The notes: generated by a model not told the origin, from the sequence alone. A DNA stretch of 64,000 nt from Candidimonas sp. (GCA_004298545.1 SCQX01000172.1:8528-72527); one strand, 5' to 3'; counted from the stretch's first letter, positions 26,922 through 37,234 are shown. Made by a program: numbers and translations.

Positions 26922-27906
26922 AAACCCAATCGAGCGTTGTGCCGTGCTGGCGATGTCGATCGGCGAGGAAGCCGCGGCCGAAGTCTTCAAATACATGGCC
27001 GCGAGCGAAGTACAGGCAATCGGCCAGGCCATGGTCAAGATCAGGCAGGTCACGCGCGCCGAGATAAGCGAAGTGCTGGAAGCATTCCGCCAGGAAGCCG
27101 AACAGTTCACCGCGGTTTCGCTCGGATCGGAGGACTACATCCGCTCGGTGCTCAATCAGGCGCTGGGTCCGGAGCGCGCCGCCTCCATCCTGGACGATAT
27201 CCTCGAACCGGAATCGAATGTTGGCATCGACGCGCTCAACGGGCTCGAGCCCCCGGCAATCGTCGAGATCATCGGCAACGAACACCCGCAGATCATCGCA
27301 ACCATCATCGTTCATCTCTCCCGCGACCGTGCCTCCGACGTGCTCGCACTGCTGCCCGAACGACTGCGCAACGACGTGATGTGGCGCGTGGCCACCTTCG
27401 GCGGCGTACAACCGGCGGCACTATCGGCGCTCACCGATGTGCTGAACAACGTGCTCTCGGGCCAGATGTCCAAGCGCAGCAAACTCGGAGGCGCGCGCAC
27501 GGCGGCGGAAATTCTCAACACAATGAAGGCGGCCGAGGAAGCGGGCGTGCTCTCGGATTTGCGGGAGCGCGACGCCGATCTGGCACAAAAAGTGGAAGAC
27601 GAAATGTTCGTCTTCACCAACCTCGAACAGGTGGAAGACGCGAGCATTCAGGTGCTGATGGCCGAGATCGACACCAATTCGCTGACCCTCGCCCTCAAAG
27701 GAGCCCCGGACAGCCTTGTGGAGAAATTCCTTTCAAACATGTCGGTGCGTCAGGGCGAAATGATCCGCGACGACCTGTCCGACAAGCGGCCGGTGCGGCT
27801 CTCCACTGTCGAAGCCGAGCGCAAGGCAATCGTGCAGACCGCGAGGCACCTCGCCGACGAGGGCAGAATCAACCTGAAGGCAATGGGAGACGACGAATAT
27901 GTCTGA
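26914..27906 (+). CDS. fliG: flagellar motor switch protein
   Basis: Trimmed to ATG 26914 (8-nt overlap with fliF). AAEVFKYMAASEVQAIGQAM and EDEMFVFTNLEQVEDASIQVLMAEIDTNSLTLALKGA. Confidence 0.95.
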   Translation: MIENPIERCAVLAMSIGEEAAAEVFKYMAASEVQAIGQAMVKIRQVTRAEISEVLEAFRQEAEQFTAVSLGSEDYIRSVLNQALGPERAASILDDILEPESNVGIDALNGLEPPAIVEIIGNEHPQIIATIIVHLSRDRASDVLALLPERLRNDVMWRVATFGGVQPAALSALTDVLNNVLSGQMSKRSKLGGARTAAEILNTMKAAEEAGVLSDLRERDADLAQKVEDEMFVFTNLEQVEDASIQVLMAEIDTNSLTLALKGAPDSLVEKFLSNMSVRQGEMIRDDLSDKRPVRLSTVEAERKAIVQTARHLADEGRINLKAMGDDEYV

Positions 27907-28630
27907 ACAGGCCGTGGAAGCCTGGCGTGCCTGGCACATGCCCAGGGTCGACGAGATCAGCCGGAGGGAACAGGCCGGAAGCAAGGCGTCCGTGGCGGAT
28001 CAGGCGGCACTCGACCATGCACGGCTGGTGCAAGAGTGCGAAAACCAACGCAATCAGGCGCGCCAGCAAGGCTACGCCGACGGCTACGCACATGGCCTGT
28101 CACAAGGGCTGCCTCACGGGCAGGCCGAAGGCTTCAACGAGGGGCTTGCACGTGGTCTGCTGGAGAGCCGCACCCGCGTGACGGCCCTGTGCGCGCAACT
28201 CGAACAACTGATCGCACGGACCGAGGCAGGGCTTGCGGAACTCGACGCGCAGGTCGGCGATGCCCTTATTGCTCTTGCGCTTCGCATCGCCGCACAGGTC
28301 ACGGGATGCGCGGTCGTGGCCGCGCCCCAAAATCTGCGCGAAGCCGTATCTCGCGCGCTCAAGACCCTGGATGCGCCATTGAATCTGAAAATCTGCGCGC
28401 CATCACAGGCCATCACGCAGTTGAAAGAAGGGATCGACGAGTCGCAGTATCCGCAGGCGAACTGGCAATGGGAGGCGGATGACTCGCTCAACGCGGGCGA
28501 ATTCCGGATTCTCACCGACTCCGGGCTGATCGACGCGCGGCTGCACAATCGCTGGCTGGAGGCGTGCGCGCGTCTGGGGCTAGACGCAGGCGCCGCCACT
28601 CGCCTGCTCGACACGGAGCAATCGTCATGA
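27899..28630 (+). CDS. fliH: flagellar export ATPase regulator
   Basis: 243 aa between fliG and fliI, overlapping both. Charged coiled N-terminus typical of FliH. Confidence 0.8.
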   Translation: MSEQAVEAWRAWHMPRVDEISRREQAGSKASVADQAALDHARLVQECENQRNQARQQGYADGYAHGLSQGLPHGQAEGFNEGLARGLLESRTRVTALCAQLEQLIARTEAGLAELDAQVGDALIALALRIAAQVTGCAVVAAPQNLREAVSRALKTLDAPLNLKICAPSQAITQLKEGIDESQYPQANWQWEADDSLNAGEFRILTDSGLIDARLHNRWLEACARLGLDAGAATRLLDTEQSS

Positions 28631-30078
28631 GCGCGGGCACCGTCCTTGGGCGCCGTTGGCGCGCCCAGCTGCAGGCCGCGGCACTCAGACTCGACCACGC
28701 GCCTGTTTTCGAGTCGAACGGACGCATCACGCGCGCCGCTGGAATCGTGCTCGAGGTGGTGGGCCTGCGGGCGCCGGTCGGCACGGAATGCCTGGTTCGC
28801 AACGGTCAAGCCAGCTGGGTGGGAGCGCAAGTCGTTGGTTTCCAAGACGGGAAGCTCTTCCTGATGCCGCAAGACGACATCGCGGGCTTGCAGCCCGGCG
28901 CCGAAGTGGTGCGCCGCCGACCCGAAGGCGTGGGGCCAGTGCGCCTGCCCGTGCTCGATGCCGGCGGCGATCCCATCCCCGAGGCCGAATCATCGGTGGG
29001 CGCCGGTCTCAGGCTCCCGGTCGGGGAAGCACTCCTCGGACGCGTGCTAGATGCCACGGGGCGGCCGATCGACGGGCTCGGCACCATCGCGGGCGCCGCG
29101 GCGCGCTCACTGATGGCGGAGCCCATCAATCCCCTGCAGCGCGCGCCGATCGATACACCGCTGGACGTCGGCATCCGCGCCATCAACGGACTGCTCAGCA
29201 TCGGACGCGGTCAGCGCATGGGGCTTTTTGCGGGTTCCGGCGTGGGGAAAAGCGTGTTGCTCGGCATGATGGCACGCTACACAGCCGCCGACGTGGTAAT
29301 CGTCGGGCTCATCGGTGAACGAGGCCGGGAAGTCAAGGAGTTCATCGAGCAGAACCTGGGGGAGGAAGGGCTCGCCCGATCGGTCGTCGTGGCCGCGCCG
29401 GCCGACGTGTCGCCGCTGCTGCGCCTGCAAGGCGCGATCTACGCGACGCGCCTGGCGGAGCACTTTCGCGATCAGGGCCGCCATGTGCTGCTCATCATGG
29501 ATTCACTCACGCGATTCGCCATGGCGCAGCGCGAAATCGCGCTTGCCATCGGAGAGCCGCCCGCAACCAAGGGCTACCCTCCTTCCGTTTTTGCACGGCT
29601 TCCCAGACTCGTCGAGCGCGTAGGCAACGGCGCACAGTCTGCGGGACACACTGTTGGCTCAATCACAGCCTTCTACACCGTGCTCACCGAGGGCGATGAT
29701 CCGCAAGATCCGATCGCCGACGCCGCCCGCGCCATCCTGGATGGCCACATCGTGCTTGCGCGCAGCCTCGCCGAATCCGGCCACTATCCGGCCATCGATA
29801 TTGAAGCGTCGATTTCGCGCGTGATGTACACGATCCTGCCTCAGACGACGATGGCACGGGTACACGCCTTCAAGCAGCAGCTTTCGCTTTATCAGCGCAA
29901 CCACGATCTCATTGCGGTCGGCGCCTATACACAAGGGGCCGATCCCGCAATCGATCGCGCGTTGGAGCGCTACCCGCTGCTCGCCGAATATCTGCGTCAA
30001 CCAATGAACGAACGTGTCGACTGGGCACAGTCCCGCACGCAACTTGAAGCGCTCTTCGCGCAGGGTGAATCAACATGA
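28627..30078 (+). CDS. fliI: flagellum-specific ATPase
   Basis: Trimmed to ATG 28627 (ATGA overlap with fliH). Walker [15 protein letters not shown], Walker [15 protein letters not shown]. Confidence 0.95.
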   Translation: MSAGTVLGRRWRAQLQAAALRLDHAPVFESNGRITRAAGIVLEVVGLRAPVGTECLVRNGQASWVGAQVVGFQDGKLFLMPQDDIAGLQPGAEVVRRRPEGVGPVRLPVLDAGGDPIPEAESSVGAGLRLPVGEALLGRVLDATGRPIDGLGTIAGAAARSLMAEPINPLQRAPIDTPLDVGIRAINGLLSIGRGQRMGLFAGSGVGKSVLLGMMARYTAADVVIVGLIGERGREVKEFIEQNLGEEGLARSVVVAAPADVSPLLRLQGAIYATRLAEHFRDQGRHVLLIMDSLTRFAMAQREIALAIGEPPATKGYPPSVFARLPRLVERVGNGAQSAGHTVGSITAFYTVLTEGDDPQDPIADAARAILDGHIVLARSLAESGHYPAIDIEASISRVMYTILPQTTMARVHAFKQQLSLYQRNHDLIAVGAYTQGADPAIDRALERYPLLAEYLRQPMNERVDWAQSRTQLEALFAQGEST

Positions 30079-30521
30079 CCCCCCCCGAAACATTTGAAAA
30101 ACTCGCCGAACTCGCAACTCGGGAACTGGGGCGTCTGGGTGAGGAAATCATGCGGGTCAGGCGCGCACGGCTCGCCGCCGAAAAACAGCTGGGGGCTTTG
30201 CGCGCTTATCAACTCGATTACACGGACAATCTGCATCGCTCGATGAGCGCGGGACTGGACGCGGCACAATGCCGCACTTATCAACGATTCATCGACACGC
30301 TGGGGGAAGTCATGGAGCGCCAGCGCGACGCGCTGGCGAAGATGGATCTCGAAATCACGGCATTGCAAACGCGCGAGCAAAAGGTGTACCGCAGGCGACA
30401 AAGCCTCGAGGCACTTCTGGCCCGTTACCAGAAACTCGTGCACCGACGCGAACAGCGCATCGCGCAGAAACATAGCGACGAAGACGCTGCCCGAATGGTG
30501 CTTCGCCAGAAAGTCCTGTAG
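30075..30521 (+). CDS. fliJ: flagellar export chaperone / stalk protein
   Basis: 148-aa coiled-coil protein with an ATGA overlap with fliI. ...[11 protein letters not shown]... Confidence 0.8.
   Translation: MTPPETFEKLAELATRELGRLGEEIMRVRRARLAAEKQLGALRAYQLDYTDNLHRSMSAGLDAAQCRTYQRFIDTLGEVMERQRDALAKMDLEITALQTREQKVYRRRQSLEALLARYQKLVHRREQRIAQKHSDEDAARMVLRQKVL
30079..30086. repeat. C8 homopolymer at codons 2-4 of fliJ
   Basis: ATG ACC CCC CCC GAA read directly. It is the longest G/C run I found in the window. Confidence 0.9.
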
Positions 30522-30580
30522 CCCCTTCAACCCGGTTTCTTGTTCAGGCCTCACTCTTATCACGCACGGGAGAATTCAAC

Positions 30581-32164
30581 ATGGCAAGCGTCAAGGCGAT
30601 CATCCTGCAGCAAAGCGGTGGAACGGTGAATGCGACCGCCTCCCCCACACGCACCGCCGGCCCTTCGAACAACGGAACATTCACCCAAGCGCTCTCGCAG
30701 GCGACTCACGGCCATGACGAGGGTGACGCGCCCGGCGGTGGCGGCGCTCCAGGTAGTGGCGGCGCTCCGGGTAATGGCGACGTCCGGGGCAGCGGCACCA
30801 ACGCGGCCCGGGTCGCCAGCGGCACCGACACCACTCGGGGCACCATCGGGGCGCCGGGCGCATCCGGCACCGCCGCGGCCAACCTCGGGAACGGCGCGAT
30901 CGAGGATCCACCAAGCTCAACGGCGGCCGTCCGCGCGGGTATTGCCGTGGACGGGAGCATAGCCGCGAATGGGGGCGCGGCCGCAGGCGGGATCGTGGCA
31001 GCGGATAGAGGCGCGGCCGTGGATGGGGACGCGACGGCGGGGAAGTCCAAGGACAGGACGCGGGGCGGCGAGGGAAAAGACGCCGCTGGAACGGGATCGT
31101 CCCCATTACCGGAAACCATGGTGGGTCCGCTCGCTGGCCTGGTGCAAGCCACGGTAATCGCGCGCGCGCCCACGGGCGGCCAGTCACCGGCGCAACCCGC
31201 CGGCATGCAACTTCCCGCGGCAAGCGGTGGCGCATCACTGTCTGACAGCGCTGGGGGAATCTCGCAAACCGGGGCAATCACACTGGCCGCTACTCCAGCC
31301 GCCGCATTCATGGCAACGGCCACGGCGGCGCCCCCGACGACACCGAAAGCAGCTGGGGATTCGCCCGCATCCCGAGCCCTCACGTCCGCCGCGGAAACGC
31401 TCGATGCCGGAGCCCTCACTGCCGAGCGCGGCCCGACGGGATCGCTTGCCGGCGCGCAAGTCCTCTATGTGCGCGGCCAATCGCAGCCGGACTCGCAACA
31501 GCCCGGCGGGCAAGCCCAACCCACCGGCGCGCAGGTACTGACGCAACACTTCCTCGACGAGCTGAATCGCGCCCGTGGGCTTCTCGATGCGGACAAAGAC
31601 GCGTCGCCGGGATCGGCACAATCGCCGACCGCCACCGCACAAGCCCCCCTGCGGTTTGCCGCCGCCACCATCCAGTCTCCGGTGGGCTCCGCAAGTTTCG
31701 GCCAGGATCTCGTCCACGACATCGCACGACTCGTCACCGCCAACCTGCCGTCGGGCACGAGCACCGTGCAAATGAATCTGAACCCCCCGAACCTCGGCCC
31801 ACTGCAGGTCACGGTGAGCGTCGCGGCCGGCGTTGCCCAAGTCTCTTTCGCCAGCGGACACGAAGCGGTGCGCGAGGCGGTATCGGCGAACCTTGCGGCG
31901 CTGCAGCAGGCACTCGCCCAACAGGGAATCTCTCTGGGCCAGACACAGGTGGGGAGTCAGGGCGGCCAGGCGGCCTATTCACCTCAATCGCAGGCTTTTT
32001 TCGAACGGAGATCGGGCAGCGGATCGGGCGGCAGCCGCGACGCGAATGGGCACGGACCGACCGGGATCGGCGGCGCGCGCGCCGCCGCGCTTCCCCCCGC
32101 GCACGAGGTAATCGCCGGCACCCACGCCCCCGACCCTTCGCGGCTGGTCGACACGAAGGCGTGA
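30581..32164 (+). CDS. fliK: flagellar hook-length control protein
   Basis: 527-aa Ala/Gly/Pro-rich protein. C-terminal NLNPPNLGPLQVTVSVAAGVAQVSFASGHEAVREAVSANLAALQQALAQQGISLG (Flg_hook domain). Sits between fliJ and fliL. Confidence 0.85.
   Translation: MASVKAIILQQSGGTVNATASPTRTAGPSNNGTFTQALSQATHGHDEGDAPGGGGAPGSGGAPGNGDVRGSGTNAARVASGTDTTRGTIGAPGASGTAAANLGNGAIEDPPSSTAAVRAGIAVDGSIAANGGAAAGGIVAADRGAAVDGDATAGKSKDRTRGGEGKDAAGTGSSPLPETMVGPLAGLVQATVIARAPTGGQSPAQPAGMQLPAASGGASLSDSAGGISQTGAITLAATPAAAFMATATAAPPTTPKAAGDSPASRALTSAAETLDAGALTAERGPTGSLAGAQVLYVRGQSQPDSQQPGGQAQPTGAQVLTQHFLDELNRARGLLDADKDASPGSAQSPTATAQAPLRFAAATIQSPVGSASFGQDLVHDIARLVTANLPSGTSTVQMNLNPPNLGPLQVTVSVAAGVAQVSFASGHEAVREAVSANLAALQQALAQQGISLGQTQVGSQGGQAAYSPQSQAFFERRSGSGSGGSRDANGHGPTGIGGARAAALPPAHEVIAGTHAPDPSRLVDTKA
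30740..30775. repeat. 18-bp tandem duplication in fliK
   Basis: GGCGGCGCTCCAGGTAGT / GGCGGCGCTCCGGGTAAT, encoding GGAPGS-GGAPGN. Confidence 0.8.
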
Positions 32165-32343
32165 TGCCGATGACCTTTGAACTACCGAAAACAGGAAAAC
32201 AGCCGATTTGCGCGCGCTTTCCCCCTTAGTTTGGCGCGCTGATGCGAGCCGCGTTGCGCCACAATTTCTCATCGACAAAAGCATCGTGAATGCCGGCCGC
32301 GGTGGCCGGCGCCACTCTCGTAACCTTATTTACCGGATTCCCC

Positions 32344-32853
32344 ATGTCCTTACGCCCGCTGCTGGTTGGGCTCGCCGCGATCGCCCTGCTTGGCAGCGGC
32401 GCCGCAATCGCACTCTGGGGGGCACAGCACAGCCCCGCGCTGCGATCCCTGATCGGCCCGGCGCTCGCCGAAGAGCCGCCGACAACAACCACGCCTGCGA
32501 AGGCACCTGGCAAACCGGCGACCGAGAAGCAGGCAACGGCCCCCATCTTCGTCAGCCTCGATCCGTTCACGGTGACGCTCGATGACGACGGTTCCACGCA
32601 TATCCTGTACACGGCGATTACCGTGCAGGTCAATGACGAGCGCAGCGCGGCGGCCTTCAAGCGCTACATGCCGGCGGTGCGCAACCGGGTTCTCATGGTG
32701 CTCGCGGGCGAAAAACCCGCCGGCGTGACCACCCCCGCTTCCATGGATACGATCAAGGCGCAAGTCCGGCAAGCGTTGATTCCGCCGTTCCAGAAGGGCG
32801 ATGAGCGCCAGGACATACGCGACGTGCTTTTCACCGCGTTCGTCGTCCAATAA
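32344..32853 (+). CDS. fliL: flagellar basal-body-associated protein
   Basis: The track ORF starts at 32290. ATG 32344 gives MSLRPLLVGLAAIALLGSG (short tail plus a single TM), typical of FliL. The start is uncertain. Confidence 0.8.
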   Translation: MSLRPLLVGLAAIALLGSGAAIALWGAQHSPALRSLIGPALAEEPPTTTTPAKAPGKPATEKQATAPIFVSLDPFTVTLDDDGSTHILYTAITVQVNDERSAAAFKRYMPAVRNRVLMVLAGEKPAGVTTPASMDTIKAQVRQALIPPFQKGDERQDIRDVLFTAFVVQ

Positions 32854-32873
32854 GCCAACGGAAGCCGCAGCGC

Positions 32874-33971
32874 ATGCCTTACGACGCATTCCTCGATCAG
32901 TCCGAAGTCGACGCCCTGCTCGCCGAGCACGACATCGGAACCAAACCCGCGCCCACGCCCGAAGCGGTGGATCCGGGAGCGATCCGCGCCTACGACCTCG
33001 GCTCGCCCGATCGCGTCGTGCGCCGGCGCATGCAAACCCTGGAGATGATCCACGACCAGTTCGCGCGCCACTTGCGAGCCAGCCTGCTTGCTTTCATCCG
33101 GCGCAATGCGGACATCACCGTGGGCCCCATGCAGGTACAGAAATACAGCGACTTCGAACGCAACCTCCCGGTGCCAAGCAACCTGAATCTCGTCTCGCTC
33201 GCGCCATTGAAGGGGCAGGCGCTGTTCGTCTTCGATCCGGCGCTCGTCTTCCTCATCATCGAAAGCCTCTTCGGAGGCCAGTTGAAATACTATTCGCGCA
33301 TCGAAGGGCGCGATTTCACCGCGACTGAACAACGCATCATCGCCAGGCTTCTAACCCATACGCTGGCGAGCTACTCCAAGGCATGGTCGGGGGTCTTTCC
33401 GATCGATGCGCAGTATGCGCGCTCAGAGATGCACACGAAATTCGCGAGCATCGCCAACGCCAACGAAGCCGTCATCGTCACGCCGATAACGATCGAGTTC
33501 GGCATCGCCAGCGGCGTGCTGCACATCGCCCTGCCCTACTCGATGATCGAACCGGTGCGCGACCTGCTCACGCGGCCGTTCCGCCCCGCGCAGGATACCG
33601 TTCAGGACAGAGGCTGGACGCAAAGCATGCGTCATCAGGCGCGCGACACGATGGTTTGCGTGGCGGCGACTTTCGCGCACGTCGACATGACTGTCGGCGA
33701 GCTCACGTCACTGGGTGTGGGCAGCGTGCTTCCCATCAGACTGCCCAAAAAGATCACCGCACACGTTGACGGCGTACCCGTGCTGGAATGCGGTTTCGGC
33801 ACGCGTAACCGGCACTACGCGCTCATCGTCGAACGACACTTGAATCTGCCGGAGCCGAGCATCAGCGAGGAGGTATTTCATGGCATCGAAAAAACCCCAG
33901 GACCCACCACGGGCGCCCAGCCCTCCACCGGACAGCCCGGAGACTCTCACGACGAAAACGCCGCCCGCTGA
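32874..33971 (+). CDS. fliM: flagellar motor switch protein
   Basis: 365 aa. LSQ-type N-terminus MPYDAFLDQSEVDALL, and ALFVFDPALVFLIIESLFGG. The C-terminal ~30 aa are encoded in the overlap with fliN. Confidence 0.95.
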   Translation: MPYDAFLDQSEVDALLAEHDIGTKPAPTPEAVDPGAIRAYDLGSPDRVVRRRMQTLEMIHDQFARHLRASLLAFIRRNADITVGPMQVQKYSDFERNLPVPSNLNLVSLAPLKGQALFVFDPALVFLIIESLFGGQLKYYSRIEGRDFTATEQRIIARLLTHTLASYSKAWSGVFPIDAQYARSEMHTKFASIANANEAVIVTPITIEFGIASGVLHIALPYSMIEPVRDLLTRPFRPAQDTVQDRGWTQSMRHQARDTMVCVAATFAHVDMTVGELTSLGVGSVLPIRLPKKITAHVDGVPVLECGFGTRNRHYALIVERHLNLPEPSISEEVFHGIEKTPGPTTGAQPSTGQPGDSHDENAAR

Positions 33972-34428
33972 CAGCCCTGGCGACGCGCCGGCCGGACAAA
34001 GCGCGGCTCACTCGCAACAGGCGCCAACGCCGCCACAGGTCCCGGAACAGATCCACCCCGACGCGGAACCTACCATTGTGGCATCCGCAGCCGACCGGGT
34101 GCCGGACAAAGACATCTTTCCAGATCTGGACACCCGGGAGGAGCGGGCAACGTTCGACATCGATGCGGTGGAAAGCATCCCGGTCGACATGACTGTGGAA
34201 CTTGGGCGCTGCCGCATGAGCATCCGGGAGCTGTTGCAGCTCGGACAGGGTTCGGTGGTGGAACTCGACAACGTGGCCGGCACCCCGATGGACGTGTACG
34301 TCAATGGCCTGCTCATCGCGCAGGGCGAGGTTGTCGTGGTCAACGAAAGCTACGGCATCCGGCTGACCGACATCATGACAGCGGCCGACCGCCTCGCACG
34401 GCTGCCGCTGAACGGCCGGCACGCATGA
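33880..34428 (+). CDS. fliN: flagellar motor switch protein
   Basis: ATG 33880 lies 6 nt behind GAGGAGG. C-terminal SpoA domain [39 protein letters not shown]. Pro-rich N-terminal ~70 aa. Confidence 0.9.
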   Translation: MASKKPQDPPRAPSPPPDSPETLTTKTPPADSPGDAPAGQSAAHSQQAPTPPQVPEQIHPDAEPTIVASAADRVPDKDIFPDLDTREERATFDIDAVESIPVDMTVELGRCRMSIRELLQLGQGSVVELDNVAGTPMDVYVNGLLIAQGEVVVVNESYGIRLTDIMTAADRLARLPLNGRHA

Positions 34429-34847
34429 CCATTCTTGCAATCGCGCGCGTTGCCATCGCACTGCTCATCGTGCTTGGCACCATTTATGGCCTTGCGTGGT
34501 GCGCCAAGCGATTGCGGCTGACGCCACGCAAAGGGACGACGCCACTCTTGCGGATACTTGCGCGCTGCGCGCTCGGTGCGCGCGCACAGGTGATGCTCGT
34601 GGAATCCGATGGCGAACGCCTGCTGATCGGCGTCACCAGCACGCACGTATCCCTGCTCGCGCGAAAACCGGATACAACCGCGGATTCAATCCCCGCCTTC
34701 GAAACCGATGGCGGCCGCGAAGGTGTTCCATACACCAGCGATTCCGACGGCCCAGGCGCACCCCGGCACCCGCGGGAGGCCGCCAGCCCCGGCTTTGCCG
34801 CCACTCTGACGCGGTGCCTCCGGCAACGGGACAAGGATACGCCGTGA
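34425..34847 (+). CDS. fliO: flagellar biosynthesis protein
   Basis: 140 aa with a single N-terminal TM and an ATGA overlap with fli[17 protein letters not shown] motif. Confidence 0.75.
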   Translation: MTILAIARVAIALLIVLGTIYGLAWCAKRLRLTPRKGTTPLLRILARCALGARAQVMLVESDGERLLIGVTSTHVSLLARKPDTTADSIPAFETDGGREGVPYTSDSDGPGAPRHPREAASPGFAATLTRCLRQRDKDTP

Positions 34848-35590
34848 AGGCATCCCGGCGGCTTGCCTGGATCGTCTGCGCATACACCGCAATCACCCCT
34901 TCCCTGTCGGTCGCGGCAAGCGCCATCCCGCTGGCAAGTGTGGCCAACGCGCAGGGCCAGACCTATTCCCTGAGCCTGCAGACGCTGCTGATGCTCTCGG
35001 CGCTCACCTTTCTGCCAGCGGTGCTTCTCATGATGACCGGTTTCACTCGGATCATCATCGTCCTCAGCCTGTTGCGCAATGCGCTCGGTACGGGGACGAC
35101 ACCACCGAACACCGTACTCATCGGGCTTGCACTCTTCCTGACATTCTTCACAATGGCGCCAACCTTCAACACGATCGTCGCCAAGGCATACACGCCACTC
35201 ACCGACGGCACAATCACTTTCGAGCAGGCGGTCGATCGCGGCGAGCTCCCGTTGCACCAATTCATGATGGGCCAGACGCGCGCAGCCGATCTGCGAATGT
35301 TTGCCGACATGGCCAAAATCAATGACATTTCGGATCGTGCGGCGGTGCCGATGCGCGTGCTGGTGCCGGCTTTCCTGACCAGCGAACTAAAAACCGCCTT
35401 CCAAATCGGATTCACCATTTTCATTCCCTTCCTCATCATCGACATGGTCGTGGCGAGCGTGCTCATGGCGCTCGGCATGATGATGGTGCCACCAGTGACG
35501 ATTTCGCTGCCCTTCAAGCTCATGCTCTTCGTGCTGGCCGACGGTTGGCACCTGCTGCTCGGCTCCCTCGTGAAGAGCTTCTACCAGTAA
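34844..35590 (+). CDS. fliP: flagellar export apparatus protein
   Basis: The track ORF 34496.. carries a spurious N-terminal extension. GTG 34844 overlaps the fliO stop (GTGA). [23 protein letters not shown] and [19 protein letters not shown]. Confidence 0.95.
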   Translation: MKASRRLAWIVCAYTAITPSLSVAASAIPLASVANAQGQTYSLSLQTLLMLSALTFLPAVLLMMTGFTRIIIVLSLLRNALGTGTTPPNTVLIGLALFLTFFTMAPTFNTIVAKAYTPLTDGTITFEQAVDRGELPLHQFMMGQTRAADLRMFADMAKINDISDRAAVPMRVLVPAFLTSELKTAFQIGFTIFIPFLIIDMVVASVLMALGMMMVPPVTISLPFKLMLFVLADGWHLLLGSLVKSFYQ

Positions 35591-35604
35591 GGAGGAAAAT
35601 CGCC

Positions 35605-35874
35605 ATGACATCCACCCAGGTGATGACTCTGACGTACACAGCGCTCAAGCTCGCGTTCGAACTCGGCGCGCCGCTGCTTTTCGCCACGCTCATCGTCGGC
35701 CTGGTGATCAGCATCTTCCAGGCGGCCACGCAAATCAACGAGATGACGCTGTCCTTCATTCCCAAGCTGCTTGCCACGGGCATTGTGCTGGTGTTCGCCG
35801 GCCCCTGGATGCTGCACAGCCTCACGGACTTCCTGCGCACGCTGCTGCTGAGCATTCCGCAACTGGCCAGTTGA
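35605..35874 (+). CDS. fliQ: flagellar export apparatus protein
   Basis: Trimmed to ATG 35605. 89 aa with GLVISIFQAATQINEMTLSFIPK. Confidence 0.9.
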   Translation: MTSTQVMTLTYTALKLAFELGAPLLFATLIVGLVISIFQAATQINEMTLSFIPKLLATGIVLVFAGPWMLHSLTDFLRTLLLSIPQLAS

Positions 35875-35893
35875 TTCGGCTGGTACCTGGCGC

Positions 35894-36685
35894 ATGATCG
35901 ACATCAACACCGCGCAATGGAGCGCCTGGATCGGAGCGTTCATCTACCCGCTCGCCCGGATCGCTGCTTTCGTGGCGGCGGCTCCGGTGTTCGGCGAATC
36001 ATACGTTGCCATTCGCGTAAAAATCGGCCTCTCCGTGGTGTTCGCCATCGCCATGCAGGCACAGGCAAGCGGCGGCGCCGGTACCGCCGTGCCCATCGAT
36101 TCGGCGCAAGGCTTCATGCTCATCGTCACTCAGATTGTCGTGGGCCTGGCGCTGGCTTTCTCGGTAAAGCTCGTCTTCGCGGCGGTTCAAACCGCGGGCG
36201 ACTTCATCGGTCTGGAGATGAGTCTGTCGTTCGCAAGCTTCTTCGACCCATCCACCGGAAGCAACACGAATGCAGTCAGCCGCCTGTTCAACATTGTCGC
36301 ACTGCTGCTTTTCATTTCCATCAATGGCCATCTGCTGCTCATTGCCGGCCTCGCGCAGACCTTCACGCTCATTCCGCTCGATCAGATCCTCATCGACCGC
36401 GACGGCATCGGCCAATTGCTCAACGCGAGCCGTCTCATTTTTTCTTCCGGCGCGCTCCTTGCGCTCCCCATCATGGTGACGCTCCTGATCCTGAACCTCA
36501 TCCTCGGAATTCTGAATCGCACGGCCCAGCAGCTATCGATATTTTCTGTTGGTTTTCCGGTGACGCTCATCGTCGGAATACTGGTGCTTGGCCTGATGCT
36601 GCCAACCATGCAAACCGCGCTCGAACACTTGACCATGCATGGCGTCACCGTCATGAGTGAAGTGGCGGAGCACCTCGCGCGGTGA
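35894..36685 (+). CDS. fliR: flagellar export apparatus protein
   Basis: 263-aa polytopic protein after fliQ, with GDFIGLEMSLSFASFFDP. Confidence 0.9.
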   Translation: MIDINTAQWSAWIGAFIYPLARIAAFVAAAPVFGESYVAIRVKIGLSVVFAIAMQAQASGGAGTAVPIDSAQGFMLIVTQIVVGLALAFSVKLVFAAVQTAGDFIGLEMSLSFASFFDPSTGSNTNAVSRLFNIVALLLFISINGHLLLIAGLAQTFTLIPLDQILIDRDGIGQLLNASRLIFSSGALLALPIMVTLLILNLILGILNRTAQQLSIFSVGFPVTLIVGILVLGLMLPTMQTALEHLTMHGVTVMSEVAEHLAR

Positions 36686-36732
36686 GCCCGGCGCGGGATA
36701 CTCGAATCTCTCAGGTTCCAAGCGCCAGCGCG

Positions 36733-37203
36733 TCAATGCGGGCCGATGGGATAAGTGGTCGCGCGATCGGGAGGCGCTGCTCCCGCGGGCGCCCGAGGCG
36801 CGGCCTCGGTGCCAGCCGCGCCGCTCATGCTATTTGCATCGGCCGCGCCGGCCGCACCAGCAGGGGCGGATGCCGGATTCGCAAGCACATTCACTTTCCG
36901 CACGACGCGCTCGAAACGGCCATCGGAACCAAACAACAGCCATAGTTCCTGCCTGACGTATAAGGCATCAGTGATCGCCGACCCCTTGTACGCCCAGCGC
37001 GCAAGTACCGATCCATCGCCTTGATCATAGGTCGTGACCGGAGGCGCGCCGAAGAGCGCATCGGCCTGCGCGAGCGACGTCTGGCCGGGAACGACGCGCG
37101 CCAGCGCACGCGCATCGAAATACTGCCCAGTCGTGCCACAGGCCGACAGCGTCACGGCGCACGCGGCAATTGTCGCCGCCATTGCGAAAGTGCGAATGAT
37201 CAT
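36733..37203 (-). CDS. lipoprotein with BamE/SmpA_OmlA-like domain and Ala/Pro-rich tail
   Basis: Trimmed to ATG 37203. Lipobox AVTLSAC. VVPGQTSLAQADALFGAPP...LLFGSDGRFERV resembles the BamE fold signature. Lies 31 nt downstream of flgL on the same strand. Confidence 0.65.
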   Translation of the reverse strand: MIIRTFAMAATIAACAVTLSACGTTGQYFDARALARVVPGQTSLAQADALFGAPPVTTYDQGDGSVLARWAYKGSAITDALYVRQELWLLFGSDGRFERVVRKVNVLANPASAPAGAAGAADANSMSGAAGTEAAPRAPAGAAPPDRATTYPIGPH

Positions 37204-37234
37204 GGAAGCATGCGGTACGCGCCGCGTGGCCGCT

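Noticed and set aside
24803-28181. Long alternative-frame ORFs (24803..25807, 25804..26466, 25829..26737, 26937..28181) across fliE-fliF-fliG-fliH
   Set aside because: Arg/Pro-rich junk. The annotated frames carry canonical FliF and FliG motifs.
32183-32209. GCCGATTT with upstream TACC before fliL as a sigma-28 promoter
   Set aside because: Only 2/4 in the -35 and an imperfect -10 that differs from the local consensus. Left as unresolved and not called.
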